Source: Planctomycetota bacterium
GTDB lineage: Bacteria > Planctomycetota > UBA8108 > SXIK01
Assembly: GCA_965223265.1 (NCBI GenBank)
Contig: OZ244999.1
Location: 3,648,001-3,712,000 of the forward strand
DNA length: 64,000 nucleotides
Direction: 5' to 3'
Translations under genes and position numbers: made by a program
In this document: piece after piece, positions 50,065-60,496 of the stretch
Layout of the letters: the number at the start of each line of letters is the position of its first letter
How positions within the stretch are numbered: the stretch's first letter is position 1
Notes under the pieces: model-generated
Databases searched by the model: none
Told to the model about the DNA's origin: nothing
The model's input: the letters and a program-made list of their open reading frames with translations, nothing else

Positions 50065-50730
50065 TCACACGTCAAGGCTTGAAGCCGAGCGTGGCCGGCG
50101 AGGCCGCCGAACCGCCAGGCCAAGAAGCGAAAGCGAGACGAGCAGTCCAAGCCGTGCCGTGGGCTCCATCTCACCAGCTGCGGCCGAATCGCTCGAAATC
50201 CCTACGCTCCCCACGAGCGACCTCACGCGTTCCCGCGGCACGTCTACAGGCGCCGTCCAGGACAGCAGATAGACGTCAGTGGCAGCAATCGTATAGATCA
50301 CCTGCCGGAGAGTTTCGCCCTTTTCGAGATGGAGGAGCACGCGACCTTCATACGCCGGATACCCCGCCACCGTCGTCGTCGAGCAAGCCTCGAGCTCAAC
50401 CCGGCCGACACCGTCCAGTTGGCGCGCAGCGTCCAGCACGCGAGTCGAAAATGACTCACGACCGATCTCACTGACGACACTCAGGTGCTCTGCTCGGGCA
50501 ATTGAGACCGTCTGCTCGCGACCGCCCGGTTGAGCCCAGGTGGCAACGTCTGTCGCTCTCCCGTCGACCGTTCCAGCTCGATCAACACTCTGGAGATTCC
50601 AACTATCTGGAACTTCCAGGTGCATTGCACCGACATGAACGGTCCTCGCGCTCACCATGGAAACGCTCATAAAGCTCACGGCAGTGACAAGAACGAACAA
50701 CGTTTTCGGACACCTTCGACGCAGAATCAT
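50065..50730 (-). CDS. hypothetical exported protein with C-terminal TM anchor
   Basis: Signal peptide; LEVPDSW...VAGYPAY (PsbP/DcrB-like pattern); C-terminal hydrophobic helix plus RRPRRPR. Confidence 0.65.
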   Translation of the reverse strand: MILRRRCPKTLFVLVTAVSFMSVSMVSARTVHVGAMHLEVPDSWNLQSVDRAGTVDGRATDVATWAQPGGREQTVSIARAEHLSVVSEIGRESFSTRVLDAARQLDGVGRVELEACSTTTVAGYPAYEGRVLLHLEKGETLRQVIYTIAATDVYLLSWTAPVDVPRERVRSLVGSVGISSDSAAAGEMEPTARLGLLVSLSLLGLAVRRPRRPRSASSLDV

Positions 50731-50975
50731 GGAACTTCTCTCGTGGTGGTTTTCCGAGAACAGGCTCAACCTCCGAAGAAGTATGCCCCCAAGTCCGGAA
50801 ACACGCCAACGGGTCCGATAGAATGCACCCGATAACGCTCCATGGCTCTCACTAGGTTATGAGCCTCATCCGCTAATTTCCAGCGTGGCCTCAGCTTATG
50901 GGGACCTACCGACACGGGGTTAAACACACGAAAAAGAGGTGTTATCGGCGGGTCCACCGCGGCGAAGCCTGTCGA

Positions 50976-52049
50976 CTATCGCCGCTGCTCGCCACTGAGT
51001 TGATGCAGCGGAATCGCAAAGAGAAGAGGTGTGTAGTGTGCGAAGTGTCCGTCCGCGTTGTCGCGGCCGGTGAGGCGGTAGTTTCCCCGCACTGAGTCGG
51101 GATCATTGACCAGCCACACCGTGTCGCCATGCGCCGCGACGCCCTCGGGTGAAACCCAGCGCACGGCCTGACCACTGGGGTCAGTGAGCTTCAAATCGAC
51201 GACGCGGCGGACCTGACGTCTGTGGAGATCGATGATGAGAAGGCGTTCTTGGTCTCGACAGAGCCCGACAACGGTAGGCGACGGTGCACCCGGCAGCATC
51301 GCCAAGCCGTTCAGATTCAGCCGGGCGCTCGGTTTGTGTGCGGGGCGCCCGAGTGCGGCAAAGTCGATGTCGACAACCTCAGGTGCTGCGCTTTCACCAC
51401 CGCGAGCGCTCTGCAGCGGCACGACGAGCAGACGCGGCAAGCGGTCAGCCGCGCGCTCATAGGCGAGCAGGACGGAATCGCGATGTACGAGAATTCCTTC
51501 GAGACGAAAATTGGTGTCACCACGCCATGGCTCGAGCTGGTTGAAGTTGATCGGTGTGTACTGAAGCAGGGTCGCCGAGCGAGTGCCCTCGATCTCGATT
51601 TCGACGATGGAGGGAAACTTGTCCTCGACCGCTACCAAGAACCGGCCGTCATGACCAGGAAGCGACGCGATGCCTTCGAAGTCCGGATTCGGACGGGCCA
51701 AAAAGGCCTGCGCGCCGGGACGCTCGCGCAGCTCCGCAGCAATTTTCGGTCGCAGCGGGGGAGCGGCGAGACGCGCGCTCTTGGGGTCGATTGCCAGCAC
51801 GTGTCCGGGATAGCGACTGCGCTGGTCACCGACCGACCACAGGAGTCCGCGATGCCAAACAAGCCCGGAGGTCTGCAGCCCACGTCGAGAGCCCTCCGGT
51901 GGCGTCGCATTGCCGCGTTCATCCAGAATCCAGCGACCACGATTCTCTTGCAGCTCAGCGGCAAACGCCGCCGAAGGCGCGATCAAACCGCAAAGGAGCG
52001 CCACACGCCACGTCGAGCCGAGACGCATGGGCGAGGAGGTCTTTCTCAT
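50976..52049 (-). CDS. secreted beta-propeller protein (phytase-like/SdiA-regulated-like)
   Basis: Signal peptide; repeated SGL, DFEGIA, RLEGIL, NGLA, SPEGVA blade motifs. Confidence 0.7.
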   Translation of the reverse strand: MRKTSSPMRLGSTWRVALLCGLIAPSAAFAAELQENRGRWILDERGNATPPEGSRRGLQTSGLVWHRGLLWSVGDQRSRYPGHVLAIDPKSARLAAPPLRPKIAAELRERPGAQAFLARPNPDFEGIASLPGHDGRFLVAVEDKFPSIVEIEIEGTRSATLLQYTPINFNQLEPWRGDTNFRLEGILVHRDSVLLAYERAADRLPRLLVVPLQSARGGESAAPEVVDIDFAALGRPAHKPSARLNLNGLAMLPGAPSPTVVGLCRDQERLLIIDLHRRQVRRVVDLKLTDPSGQAVRWVSPEGVAAHGDTVWLVNDPDSVRGNYRLTGRDNADGHFAHYTPLLFAIPLHQLSGEQRR

Positions 52050-52282
52050 GATCGCTTTCGATTCCGGTGTTGACTCGCCCCTTGAGCAGACGAAGAATCG
52101 ACCGCTCAAGGTCAAGAAGGAATGACTACAGACAATCCCGCTGCAGCTTCCACGAGCAGATCATACCATGAGGGCAGGACGCACCACAGATCGGCGGCCA
52201 CACGCTGGACGTGACAGTCGAGGAGCGTCCAAGAACGACAAGACGCAGAATCGTCCTCAGCACACACAACGAACCTGAAGGA

Positions 52283-53419
52283 ATGGCAGCCACCATGGAA
52301 TCAAGCTCTTGCGAGCTCAGCTACTTGCCTCGATTGCCTCAAAAAAGAGACACCGGCATTGGCTGCATCGGCGCCGGTTTCATTATGGCTGACTGCCACC
52401 TCGTCGCGTACCGCAGTGCCGGCTTTCGCCCCGTTGCGATCGCCAATCGCACGCGCGCTCGCGCCGAGAGTGTGGCAGAGCGGCACGGAATCCCACACGT
52501 CTACGACACCTGGCGTGAGCTCGTGGCCGACCCCGAAGTCGAGGTCGTCGACGTCGCGGTGCCACCCCAGCACCAGCCACCGATCATCGAGCAGATCGCC
52601 GCGGATCCGTGCGGCGTGCGGGCAATCTTAGCTCAGAAGCCGCTGGCGATGGACTACGCGACAGCACTCCGCCTCGTCGAAGCTTGCGACCGCGGCGGAA
52701 TCGTGCTCGCTGTGAATCAAAACATGCGCTACGACCAGTCCATCCGTGCGCTCAAGGACCTTCTTCGCCGGGGCGACCTCGGCGATCCGGTACTCGCCAG
52801 CATCGACATGCGCGCCATTCCACATTGGATGGATTGGGCGCGCGGCGAAGACAAATTGACGTTCTACCTTATGAGCATTCATCACCTGGATACGTTTCGT
52901 TTTCTCTTCGGCACGCCGGAACTTGCCCTCGCGAGCTGTCGTCCCGATCCTCGACTAGAGTTTCCTCACATTGACGGCATCACCATGTACATCCTCGAAT
53001 ACTCCTCCGGGCTGCGCTGCCTTGGACTCGAGGACGTGTGGACTGGACCAGCGCGCGAAGGTGCCGCCGCGGACATCGCCATCAAGTGGCGCGTTGAAGG
53101 AACGGAAGGCCTGGCGACCGGAACAATTGGCTGGCCACACTATCCGGAACGCGTCCCGAGCACGCTACGCTACTCGGCGAAAGCAACCGGAGCGCAGTGG
53201 TTCGAACCGAAATGGGACGAGGTATGGTTCCCCGATGCATTCGTCGGCACCATGGCACAGCTCCTCGTCGCGCTCGAAGAGTCGACTGAAGCGGAGATCA
53301 ACGGCCGCGACAACCTCGACACCATCGCCCTCGTCGAGGCGTGCTACCGCGGCGCCACGGAGCATCGAGCGGTGCGGATTGATGAGATTCGAAAAGGTCC
53401 GGTGCAGGGTTCAACATAG
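52283..53419 (+). CDS. Gfo/Idh/MocA family oxidoreductase
   Basis: IGCIGAGFI, VVDVAVPP, AQKPLA, VNQNMRY, MSIHHLD; start uncertain. Confidence 0.92.
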   Translation: MAATMESSSCELSYLPRLPQKRDTGIGCIGAGFIMADCHLVAYRSAGFRPVAIANRTRARAESVAERHGIPHVYDTWRELVADPEVEVVDVAVPPQHQPPIIEQIAADPCGVRAILAQKPLAMDYATALRLVEACDRGGIVLAVNQNMRYDQSIRALKDLLRRGDLGDPVLASIDMRAIPHWMDWARGEDKLTFYLMSIHHLDTFRFLFGTPELALASCRPDPRLEFPHIDGITMYILEYSSGLRCLGLEDVWTGPAREGAAADIAIKWRVEGTEGLATGTIGWPHYPERVPSTLRYSAKATGAQWFEPKWDEVWFPDAFVGTMAQLLVALEESTEAEINGRDNLDTIALVEACYRGATEHRAVRIDEIRKGPVQGST

Positions 53420-53557
53420 GCGCCGCTCACCTCAATGAGTGAGCGAAACATCACCACGCGCATCGCTTCTTGTGGCGCCGTGCAGGCGCAGCAACCAGCA
53501 AACCAGACGTCGTGCCCGTTGACTCAAAGGCGGCCGCAAAAAACGCCCGGCGATCGG

Positions 53558-54004
53558 TCAGCTCGCCGACTCGCCAACCAAGTCCGAGAGATCGACAAGC
53601 TCCACGCCCAGACGCTCGGCGACTTCGAAGATCCGCTCGTCACGGTAAAACTCGCCGAAGCAGATCCGTTTCAGACCCGAGTTGAGGATGAGCTTGAAGC
53701 AGTTCCAGCACGGACTCGCGGTCGTATAGATGTGGCCGTCGTTGATGGTGACACCGTTCTTGGCGGCCTGGATGATCGCGTTCGCTTCCGCATGAATCGT
53801 GGCAACGCAGTGGCCATTCTCCATCATGTGGCCGACGTCGTCGCAATGCGCCAAGCCGGCGATCGAACCGTTGTAGCCGGTCGAAAGGATGTTCCGGTCC
53901 CGGACGATCACCGCTCCGACGTGCTTGCGGTCGCAGGTGGACCGTCCCGACACTTCGATCGCGATGCGCATGAAGTACTCGTCCCAGCCCGCACGCTTCG
54001 ACAT
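53558..54004 (-). CDS. dCMP deaminase (ComEB-like)
   Basis: WDEYFM, RSTCDRKHVGAVIV, TGYNG, HAEANA, SPCWNC. Confidence 0.92.
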   Translation of the reverse strand: MSKRAGWDEYFMRIAIEVSGRSTCDRKHVGAVIVRDRNILSTGYNGSIAGLAHCDDVGHMMENGHCVATIHAEANAIIQAAKNGVTINDGHIYTTASPCWNCFKLILNSGLKRICFGEFYRDERIFEVAERLGVELVDLSDLVGESAS

Positions 54005-54075
54005 GTTTTTGATCCCTATTCTCACCGCAACGCGCGAACTGAGCGTTCACGGCGTGCCAAAGAGTGGCGGAAGAA

Positions 54076-55434
54076 TCAAAGATTCTCGCGCCGCGACGGC
54101 CGCACCGCGCCGCGGCGGCGCGATCGCTTCTTGTTCTTCGCTTCCCACTCGCGGAGCTCTGGAAGATTCTCCTCGACCTTCAAGAAGATGTCGGCGAGTT
54201 TCTCCATGCGTCCAGCGACGTTCTCAATGTAGTTCCAGTCCATGTCCATCGACTGCGCGATCTTCTCCTCACAGCCTGGATACTGCTCTGAGCGGTAGTC
54301 GACGCCAGCGTCCTTAAGATGCTGCGTCCAAATCGTCTTCGGACCTCGATAGCCACGGGTCCGCAAACGCTCCCAGTGCGGAATGGGAGACGGTACGTAG
54401 CTGCCGAGTTCGAGCCCCTCAGCCGCCATCGCCTTGACAAAAGTCTCGCGTTTGACGCCGCACGCCTCATTGAAGTTCATACTGAGAGTGTAGTACCCAG
54501 GAAGCTCTCCATTCGCGTAGCGAGGAAATGTCACGCACTCGCTGTTGGCGAGGAGTTTTCTCAATCGTGCGACGTTGCGCCGGCGTCCGTTGATTTCGCG
54601 CTCAACCTTCTTCAGCTGCTCGGTGAGCAGCACAGCAACGACCGGCGAAAGTCGATAGGAGTACACGAGCGAATCGACATATGGCATAAGCTTCGTGGGG
54701 AACCCGTCGTCGGGTGAGCGTCCCATGTGCTGACAGCAGAGCGCCGCCTTCCAGTAGACGTCCTCATGCTTAGTGATCAGGTAGCCGGCTTCGGTCGTAC
54801 CGAGCAGCTTGAAGCCCATGCATGAAAAGCCACCCACATCGCCGAACTGTCCCACTTTCTTGCCGGCGATCATGGCGCCATGTGCTTGGCTTCCATCTTC
54901 GATCACTGGAATCTTGTGGCGGCGCGCGACCCGCATGATGGCTGGCATGTTGGCAGGCTGCCCGTGGATGTGGACGGGCAGGATCGCTCGCGTCCTTTTC
55001 GTGATGCGGGGCTCAATCGTCGCTGGGTCCATCAGCCCGGTCTCGGGCAAGACGTCGGTGAAGACCGGCACGGCACCGCAGTGCAGTATGCATGAGACGG
55101 AGGCGCCCCACGAGTAAGGCGTCGTGATGACCTCGTCACCTGGCCCGATTTCGAGCCCGACGAGGCTCATCTGGAGCGACGCGTGTCCTGACGAAACGAC
55201 CATCGCGTGTTTCGCCTCCTGCCAACGACAGACCGCCTCTTCAGCCTCATCGATGATGGGGTGATGCTTGCCAAGCCCGACAGTCATCCCCTTCTCGAGC
55301 AGCTCGGAGGCGCGGCGAAGGGCACGCGGTGAAAACCGTGGATGCTGGTCAGGTGCGACGGCGCCGAGCGCCCGCCCACCCAAGAGTGCGAGCTTCTTGG
55401 TGCTTGTCGTTCGTTTGGTCTTCACTTGATGCAT
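54076..55434 (-). CDS. DegT/DnrJ/EryC1/StrS family PLP aminotransferase
   Basis: VSSGHASL, GPGDEVITT, ILPVHIHGQPA, VIEDGSQAHGA, FSCMGFKLLG. Confidence 0.9.
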   Translation of the reverse strand: MHQVKTKRTTSTKKLALLGGRALGAVAPDQHPRFSPRALRRASELLEKGMTVGLGKHHPIIDEAEEAVCRWQEAKHAMVVSSGHASLQMSLVGLEIGPGDEVITTPYSWGASVSCILHCGAVPVFTDVLPETGLMDPATIEPRITKRTRAILPVHIHGQPANMPAIMRVARRHKIPVIEDGSQAHGAMIAGKKVGQFGDVGGFSCMGFKLLGTTEAGYLITKHEDVYWKAALCCQHMGRSPDDGFPTKLMPYVDSLVYSYRLSPVVAVLLTEQLKKVEREINGRRRNVARLRKLLANSECVTFPRYANGELPGYYTLSMNFNEACGVKRETFVKAMAAEGLELGSYVPSPIPHWERLRTRGYRGPKTIWTQHLKDAGVDYRSEQYPGCEEKIAQSMDMDWNYIENVAGRMEKLADIFLKVEENLPELREWEAKNKKRSRRRGAVRPSRRENL

Positions 55435-55737
55435 CGCGCTCTCCGTCTTCTAGCCGTTGTTTGGCGCCGGGCCCCTGTGTCTCGTGACCTTGGGCCATGA
55501 CCTCTCAAGGATTGAGTCGACCCTCGTCGCGGGGCGCGCCGAGACCTCCTCCTGAACTGGCGGCGAAATCGTGCCCAATTGGCGCTGAGTAAGGCAGGAG
55601 ATCAGCGGAAAACACGAGGATAGAGGAGAGACGAATGCGTGTCAACGGTCGTAGGATCTCGCCGCGCTGAGCGCATACGAAGACGTGGCACACACCATCA
55701 TGCACGCACACCGCCACGAGCACGCAGCGGCCCGGGC

Positions 55738-56217
55738 TCAATCCGCCGCGCGGCGCTCGAGGGCCTGTTCGAAACGCTCGCGACCGAGTCGTGCGAGGCC
55801 GATGATCGTTGCCGCGACGATTCCTGCGGCGACCGTTTCGTCGAGGTCAGCCTTCACCGCGCACGAGCCAGAAAGTGAAGAGACGTAGACATTCGGATTC
55901 GGGGCGAGCTCGCTGCGGCCCGCCGCTTCGAGCTCTCGCACGGTTTGGAGCAGCGGCTCGAAAACCGATGCGACGAGTGCAGGGGACGTTCGATCTAGAT
56001 CGGAAAGAAAACTGTCCAACGACGCGTCGGGATCCTGCTCAAACCAGTAGTTGCCCGGTACGGTTTCGCCGCCAGGCGCCCCGGCCAGAAACTGCCGCAC
56101 TGAGTCGACCCCCAGGCGTCCCTTGTGCGAACGAGCGCGTGCCTCGTGATACGCTTTCAACACGAGGTCGCGAAGAGTCTGCTCGTCCACCGCGATCCGA
56201 CTGGTTCGCTTTGCCAT
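55738..56217 (-). CDS. hypothetical protein
   Basis: GAAGGAG RBS before ATG 56217; plausible protein-like composition. Confidence 0.6.
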   Translation of the reverse strand: MAKRTSRIAVDEQTLRDLVLKAYHEARARSHKGRLGVDSVRQFLAGAPGGETVPGNYWFEQDPDASLDSFLSDLDRTSPALVASVFEPLLQTVRELEAAGRSELAPNPNVYVSSLSGSCAVKADLDETVAAGIVAATIIGLARLGRERFEQALERRAAD

Positions 56218-56343
56218 GGCTCCTTCGCCTCCGAAAACAGTCTTTCTCTGACTTCTTACTTCGGCCACACTCGCTGTCAGCGTAAGTGAAGTGCACGTAT
56301 GCCACGCTCGGCACCGCCGGCTCGCAACGAGTTGGAAACTCGC

Positions 56344-58806
56344 TCACACACCGTCCCGGGCGTCGCGAAGACGTGCCTGCTCCGAACAATCCTCGCAGGG
56401 CTGATAACCTGGAAGCGGCAGAATGTGCGTGTGGATCGCGTCGAGCATCCAATCGGCGCTGGGGAAAAAAAGATCCTCCAGCTCGGCAGCAGGCGTGATC
56501 CAGTTTTTCGCACCGACGACGACGGCGGGAGCGTCCAGATCGTCGAACGCGAGTCGCTGTACATCAGAGGCCACGGTGTGAAGGAAGCTGCCTCGCTCGC
56601 AAGCATCTGACGTCAACATGAGACGCCCCGTCTTGCGCACTGACTCGAGAACCGGTGCGTAATCGAGCGGCACGAGACTGCGAAGATCGATGATCTCCGC
56701 ACTGACGCCAAACTGCTCAAGTCGCTGCGCGGCGTCGAGAGCGCGGTAGAGCGTCGCGCCGACCGTCAGGATCGTCAGATCGGAACCAGCGCGTTTGATG
56801 TCCGGCAACCCGATCGGGATCGTGTACGAAGCACTCGGCACTTCCGGCTGAAACTGCTCAGTGATGCCGTAGAGTCGTTGACTCTCAAAAAAGACCACCG
56901 GGTCGTCGCCGCGTAGTGCTGTCGTCATGAGTCCCTTAGCGTCGTACGGCGTCGCCGGAAAAACGACCTTCAACCCGGGAATGTGTGCGGCAAGCGATGT
57001 CCAGTCTTGCGAATGCTGAGCACCGTACTTGCTCCCGACGCTGACGCGGAGGACCACCGGCATGCGCAGCACTCCGGCTGACATCGATTGCCACTTGGCA
57101 AGCTGGTTGAATATCTCGTCACCCGCGCGTCCCATGAAATCACAGTACATGAGTTCGACCAAAGCGCGCCCGCCTTCGATCGCGTAACCCACTGCAGAGC
57201 CGACAATGGCGCCTTCCGAAATCGGCGCGTTGAAGAGTCGGTGGTAGGGGAGCGACTCCGTCATACCGCGATAAACTGCGAACGCGCCATCCCAATCACG
57301 GTTCTCTTCGCCATAGGCGATGAGCCGGCGATCAGAGTAGAATCGCTCGATGATCGCCTCGAAGAGACCGTCACGGAGTGAGACAGCGCGCCCTTCCGAG
57401 AGCGGCTCGCCCGTCCGCGCGTCAACGCCCGAGCGGCTCTTGCGCGCAATCGATTGCACACGGCTGTTTTCTGAGAGCGGTTTGAGAACGTCACCGTGAC
57501 CGATCCCCGGCGTCGAGCCGCTGGCGTCATGGCAAAACATCACCGCGGCGATGCCCGGTGACTCCAGGCGGGGCGAGATCTCCGAGTCGATGGCGAGTCG
57601 AAACGCGCTAAGAAGACGCGCATCGATCTCGCGGCGTACGTCGTCAAGATCGGTCTGCGAGCAAATGCCCGCCTCGATCACCTGCGCCCCGTACTCACGA
57701 ATTGGATCGACACTTCTCCACAAGTCAATCTCCTCACGGGTTCGATAGGCGCTCGCGTCGCTTGGCGAATGCCCACTCTGGCGGTACGTTTGGATGTCCA
57801 GCAGCACCGGCCCTTCACCGCGGTGGATCACCTCCAGCTTGCGGCGAAACGCGTCGATGACGGCAAGCGGGTCATTGCCATCAATCGTCTCAGAGTGGAG
57901 GTTGAAGCGGTTGACACCAGCCCCCATGCACGCCAGCCGCTCAAACGCCATGGTCTCGCCACGGGTCTGGCCGCCCATGCCGTAGAAGTTGTTCATGAAC
58001 GCGAAAATGATCGGCAGGCCGCCGCGATACTCGTCGTCCCAAAGCGTCCAAAACTGCCCCATCGAAGCAAAGTTCAGCGCCTCCCACACGGGTCCACATC
58101 CTGACGACGCGTCGCCGATGTTCGCGACGGTGATGCCTGGGGCACGCAGTACTTTCTTGTAGAGGGCTGAGCCGGCAGCGATGTCTGCGCTGCCCCCGAC
58201 GAGCGCATTGTTAGGAAAAACGCCAAGAGGAGGGAAGAACGCGTGCATAGATCCACCCAGCCCTCGATTGAAGCCAGTGGCGCGCGCAAAAATCTCGGCC
58301 AGAAGCCCGTAGATCAGATAGTTGATGGCCTGATCCTTCACCGACTGCGATTCCATGTGATCGACGACGCGGAGCGGATCGCCGTCGAGATAAGTTTCCA
58401 TCATCCTCTGAAGTTGATCGTCCGCGAGTTTCTCGATCGCGCTCATGCCCTTGGCGATGATCTCGCCGTGGCTGCGGTGGCTGCCAAAGATATGGTCGTC
58501 GGTGCCGAGGAGAAAAGCCTCGCCCACAGCAGCCGCCTCTTGTCCAACCGAGAGGTGAGCGGGTCCCTTGTGGTCGTACGGAATTCCCTGGTAGCCCCCG
58601 AGCTTTTTGACCTCGCCAAGCATCTCCTCAAAGGCGCGAATGAGCGACATGTCGCGATAGATATTGAGCGCGTCAGTGCGGTTCAAATGCCCCGCGGCCA
58701 ACTCGTCGACCAGACCACCGCGATAGTGATTGACCGGGATTGGCTGAATCTCGACTGTCTCTTTACGTCGCACCTCTTCCGGCACGACGACAATCCGCTT
58801 GACCAT
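56344..58806 (-). CDS. fused 2-oxoacid dehydrogenase E1 alpha/beta (ThDP-dependent)
   Basis: HLSVGQEA, SHRSHG, GGSMH, GDA...NNFYGM, YRQSGHSPSD, then beta half GEEN, APISEGAIVG, YGAQHSQ. Confidence 0.92.
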   Translation of the reverse strand: MVKRIVVVPEEVRRKETVEIQPIPVNHYRGGLVDELAAGHLNRTDALNIYRDMSLIRAFEEMLGEVKKLGGYQGIPYDHKGPAHLSVGQEAAAVGEAFLLGTDDHIFGSHRSHGEIIAKGMSAIEKLADDQLQRMMETYLDGDPLRVVDHMESQSVKDQAINYLIYGLLAEIFARATGFNRGLGGSMHAFFPPLGVFPNNALVGGSADIAAGSALYKKVLRAPGITVANIGDASSGCGPVWEALNFASMGQFWTLWDDEYRGGLPIIFAFMNNFYGMGGQTRGETMAFERLACMGAGVNRFNLHSETIDGNDPLAVIDAFRRKLEVIHRGEGPVLLDIQTYRQSGHSPSDASAYRTREEIDLWRSVDPIREYGAQVIEAGICSQTDLDDVRREIDARLLSAFRLAIDSEISPRLESPGIAAVMFCHDASGSTPGIGHGDVLKPLSENSRVQSIARKSRSGVDARTGEPLSEGRAVSLRDGLFEAIIERFYSDRRLIAYGEENRDWDGAFAVYRGMTESLPYHRLFNAPISEGAIVGSAVGYAIEGGRALVELMYCDFMGRAGDEIFNQLAKWQSMSAGVLRMPVVLRVSVGSKYGAQHSQDWTSLAAHIPGLKVVFPATPYDAKGLMTTALRGDDPVVFFESQRLYGITEQFQPEVPSASYTIPIGLPDIKRAGSDLTILTVGATLYRALDAAQRLEQFGVSAEIIDLRSLVPLDYAPVLESVRKTGRLMLTSDACERGSFLHTVASDVQRLAFDDLDAPAVVVGAKNWITPAAELEDLFFPSADWMLDAIHTHILPLPGYQPCEDCSEQARLRDARDGV

Positions 58807-59069
58807 TCGGCGTCTCTATCCTTATCGAAAACTCAAAGACTCTCAGGCGGAGACGCGTCGGGGCGGTCGGTCGACCGCACGCCCCGAACCGGCGTCGGGC
58901 TACGCGTCGCACCAGATTCTGTCGGCGCAAATCCGCGAGTCGTCGGAAATGAACGGCCCCTCAGTCTACCGTAACCGGCGCAGCCGGCAAGCTCACGCAT
59001 GAAGGAAAGTTTTCAGGCAAAACGTTCCCCAAACGTTACCCATCGAGAGAGCGCCGGCACCAGACCCGT

Positions 59070-59732
59070 CTATCGCTTCACCGGGACGTTTTGCGGTGGC
59101 ACAGGCGTCCCGTCTTCGTAGACGAAAGGCCGCAGTTGCGGAGCGCGATTGATACCGACCGACACGATCGAGTCGAGTTGAACGGTCTCACCGAAAGCGT
59201 CGAGGTCGATGCGAAGCACTCGCGAGCTCTGCCAAGAGAAGAGCTCACGATCGTTGACGACTCGCCCATCGGCGTCTTCGTGTCCATCGACGACAAGATT
59301 GCTACCGAGCGTTTTGACAGGCTGGGCGAAGAGAATCTCCAGCGTGGTGCCGCGTTCACTTCGTCGCAGCGTCGCGACGACCCGCTCGTCTCTCACAAGG
59401 CTCTTCGCTGCGTCTGGATAGACACTGACCACCAGAAACGGCAGGCTCGCGCACGCGAAGAGCACGGTACACGGAAATCCGATCCACGCAGCCACCCCCG
59501 GATCGCCGTCCGACTGACGAATGCTCCGTAAGACGACTTGCCACGCCAGGAGACTCGCGCCCCCGAGCGTCAATCCCGCGCCCAGCGTGAATAGACTCCC
59601 CTGAGCTCTGCTACCAAAGAGAAGTACGCTCACGCACCAGATCGCCGCGACGCACACCAAAACGCCGCCGAAGAGGAGCGTGAATGCATGTCCGCGCCCG
59701 GACGCTACTCCTCCCATTCGTCTCGTAACCAC
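59070..59732 (-). CDS. hypothetical membrane protein
   Basis: Three TM helices plus a soluble C-terminal domain; start uncertain (possibly 59717). Confidence 0.7.
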   Translation of the reverse strand: MVTRRMGGVASGRGHAFTLLFGGVLVCVAAIWCVSVLLFGSRAQGSLFTLGAGLTLGGASLLAWQVVLRSIRQSDGDPGVAAWIGFPCTVLFACASLPFLVVSVYPDAAKSLVRDERVVATLRRSERGTTLEILFAQPVKTLGSNLVVDGHEDADGRVVNDRELFSWQSSRVLRIDLDAFGETVQLDSIVSVGINRAPQLRPFVYEDGTPVPPQNVPVKR

Positions 59733-60193
59733 CTCAAGGTCCAGCGTCCATCGAAGTACGCGTCCTCGAACTCGTGAGCTCGCGCACTGACGTAGACGCC
59801 GTTGACGTACTTCGGGCTCTGAATGTTCCCATCCAGACGAAAGGCGAAAAACGAATCCTTTGCGTCGACGATCCTCAGCTCAGCGCTGCGGCTCTCGGTG
59901 GCTGGTTTGATTTCGCCGTAGAGCTCTGGCAGCTCGCCCTTCTCTTGCGGAGGCGGCGAGATTTCGACAAGCTCCGCCTCCTCTCCGGGATTCAAGAGGC
60001 TTTGGCCCCAGTCCGAATCAATCCACACTTCTCGTGGTTCGACCGGGAAGTTCTCCTGCCCACGCTGCAGCTGCATTGTCAGCTGCCAGACGCCAGTGCG
60101 CAGCGTCGGGCTACCGCAGCCAGCGACGGCGACGAGGGTAGCGGCGGCTACGGTCATCAAGAGAGCGCGCTTGTGAGCTTGTACGGTCAACAT
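59705..60193 (-). CDS. hypothetical lipoprotein
   Basis: Signal peptide ending VAVAGC (lipobox); GAGG RBS. Confidence 0.7.
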   Translation of the reverse strand: MLTVQAHKRALLMTVAAATLVAVAGCGSPTLRTGVWQLTMQLQRGQENFPVEPREVWIDSDWGQSLLNPGEEAELVEISPPPQEKGELPELYGEIKPATESRSAELRIVDAKDSFFAFRLDGNIQSPKYVNGVYVSARAHEFEDAYFDGRWTLRWLRDEWEE

Positions 60194-60496
60194 AGGTCCT
60201 CGACTCGTTCACTTTTCCTAACATTTCCTGAGCGCGGCTGCGCCAACTTTTTGCCGTCTGTGGCGACAATTCGCTCACTCGCACTCAGCCGCAAGCAGGC
60301 GACCCCGACGCGTGAACTCGGTCACGATGGGATCCACACATCTCTCTTTTCGTACCCTCGGGTCGTTCAAATTCAAAAAAAACTTCCCTCGGCTCTTTCG
60401 GGCTGGTAGGCATAGCACCCGTCTCACCCCTACTCATTGGGGGCAGACCTCTCGCTTACCGCTGCAGAGCGGCGGCCCCACACCGGCAATAGCATC

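Noticed and set aside
53435-54232. 265-aa plus-strand ORF
   Set aside because: It is antisense to the clear dCMP deaminase and aminotransferase genes.
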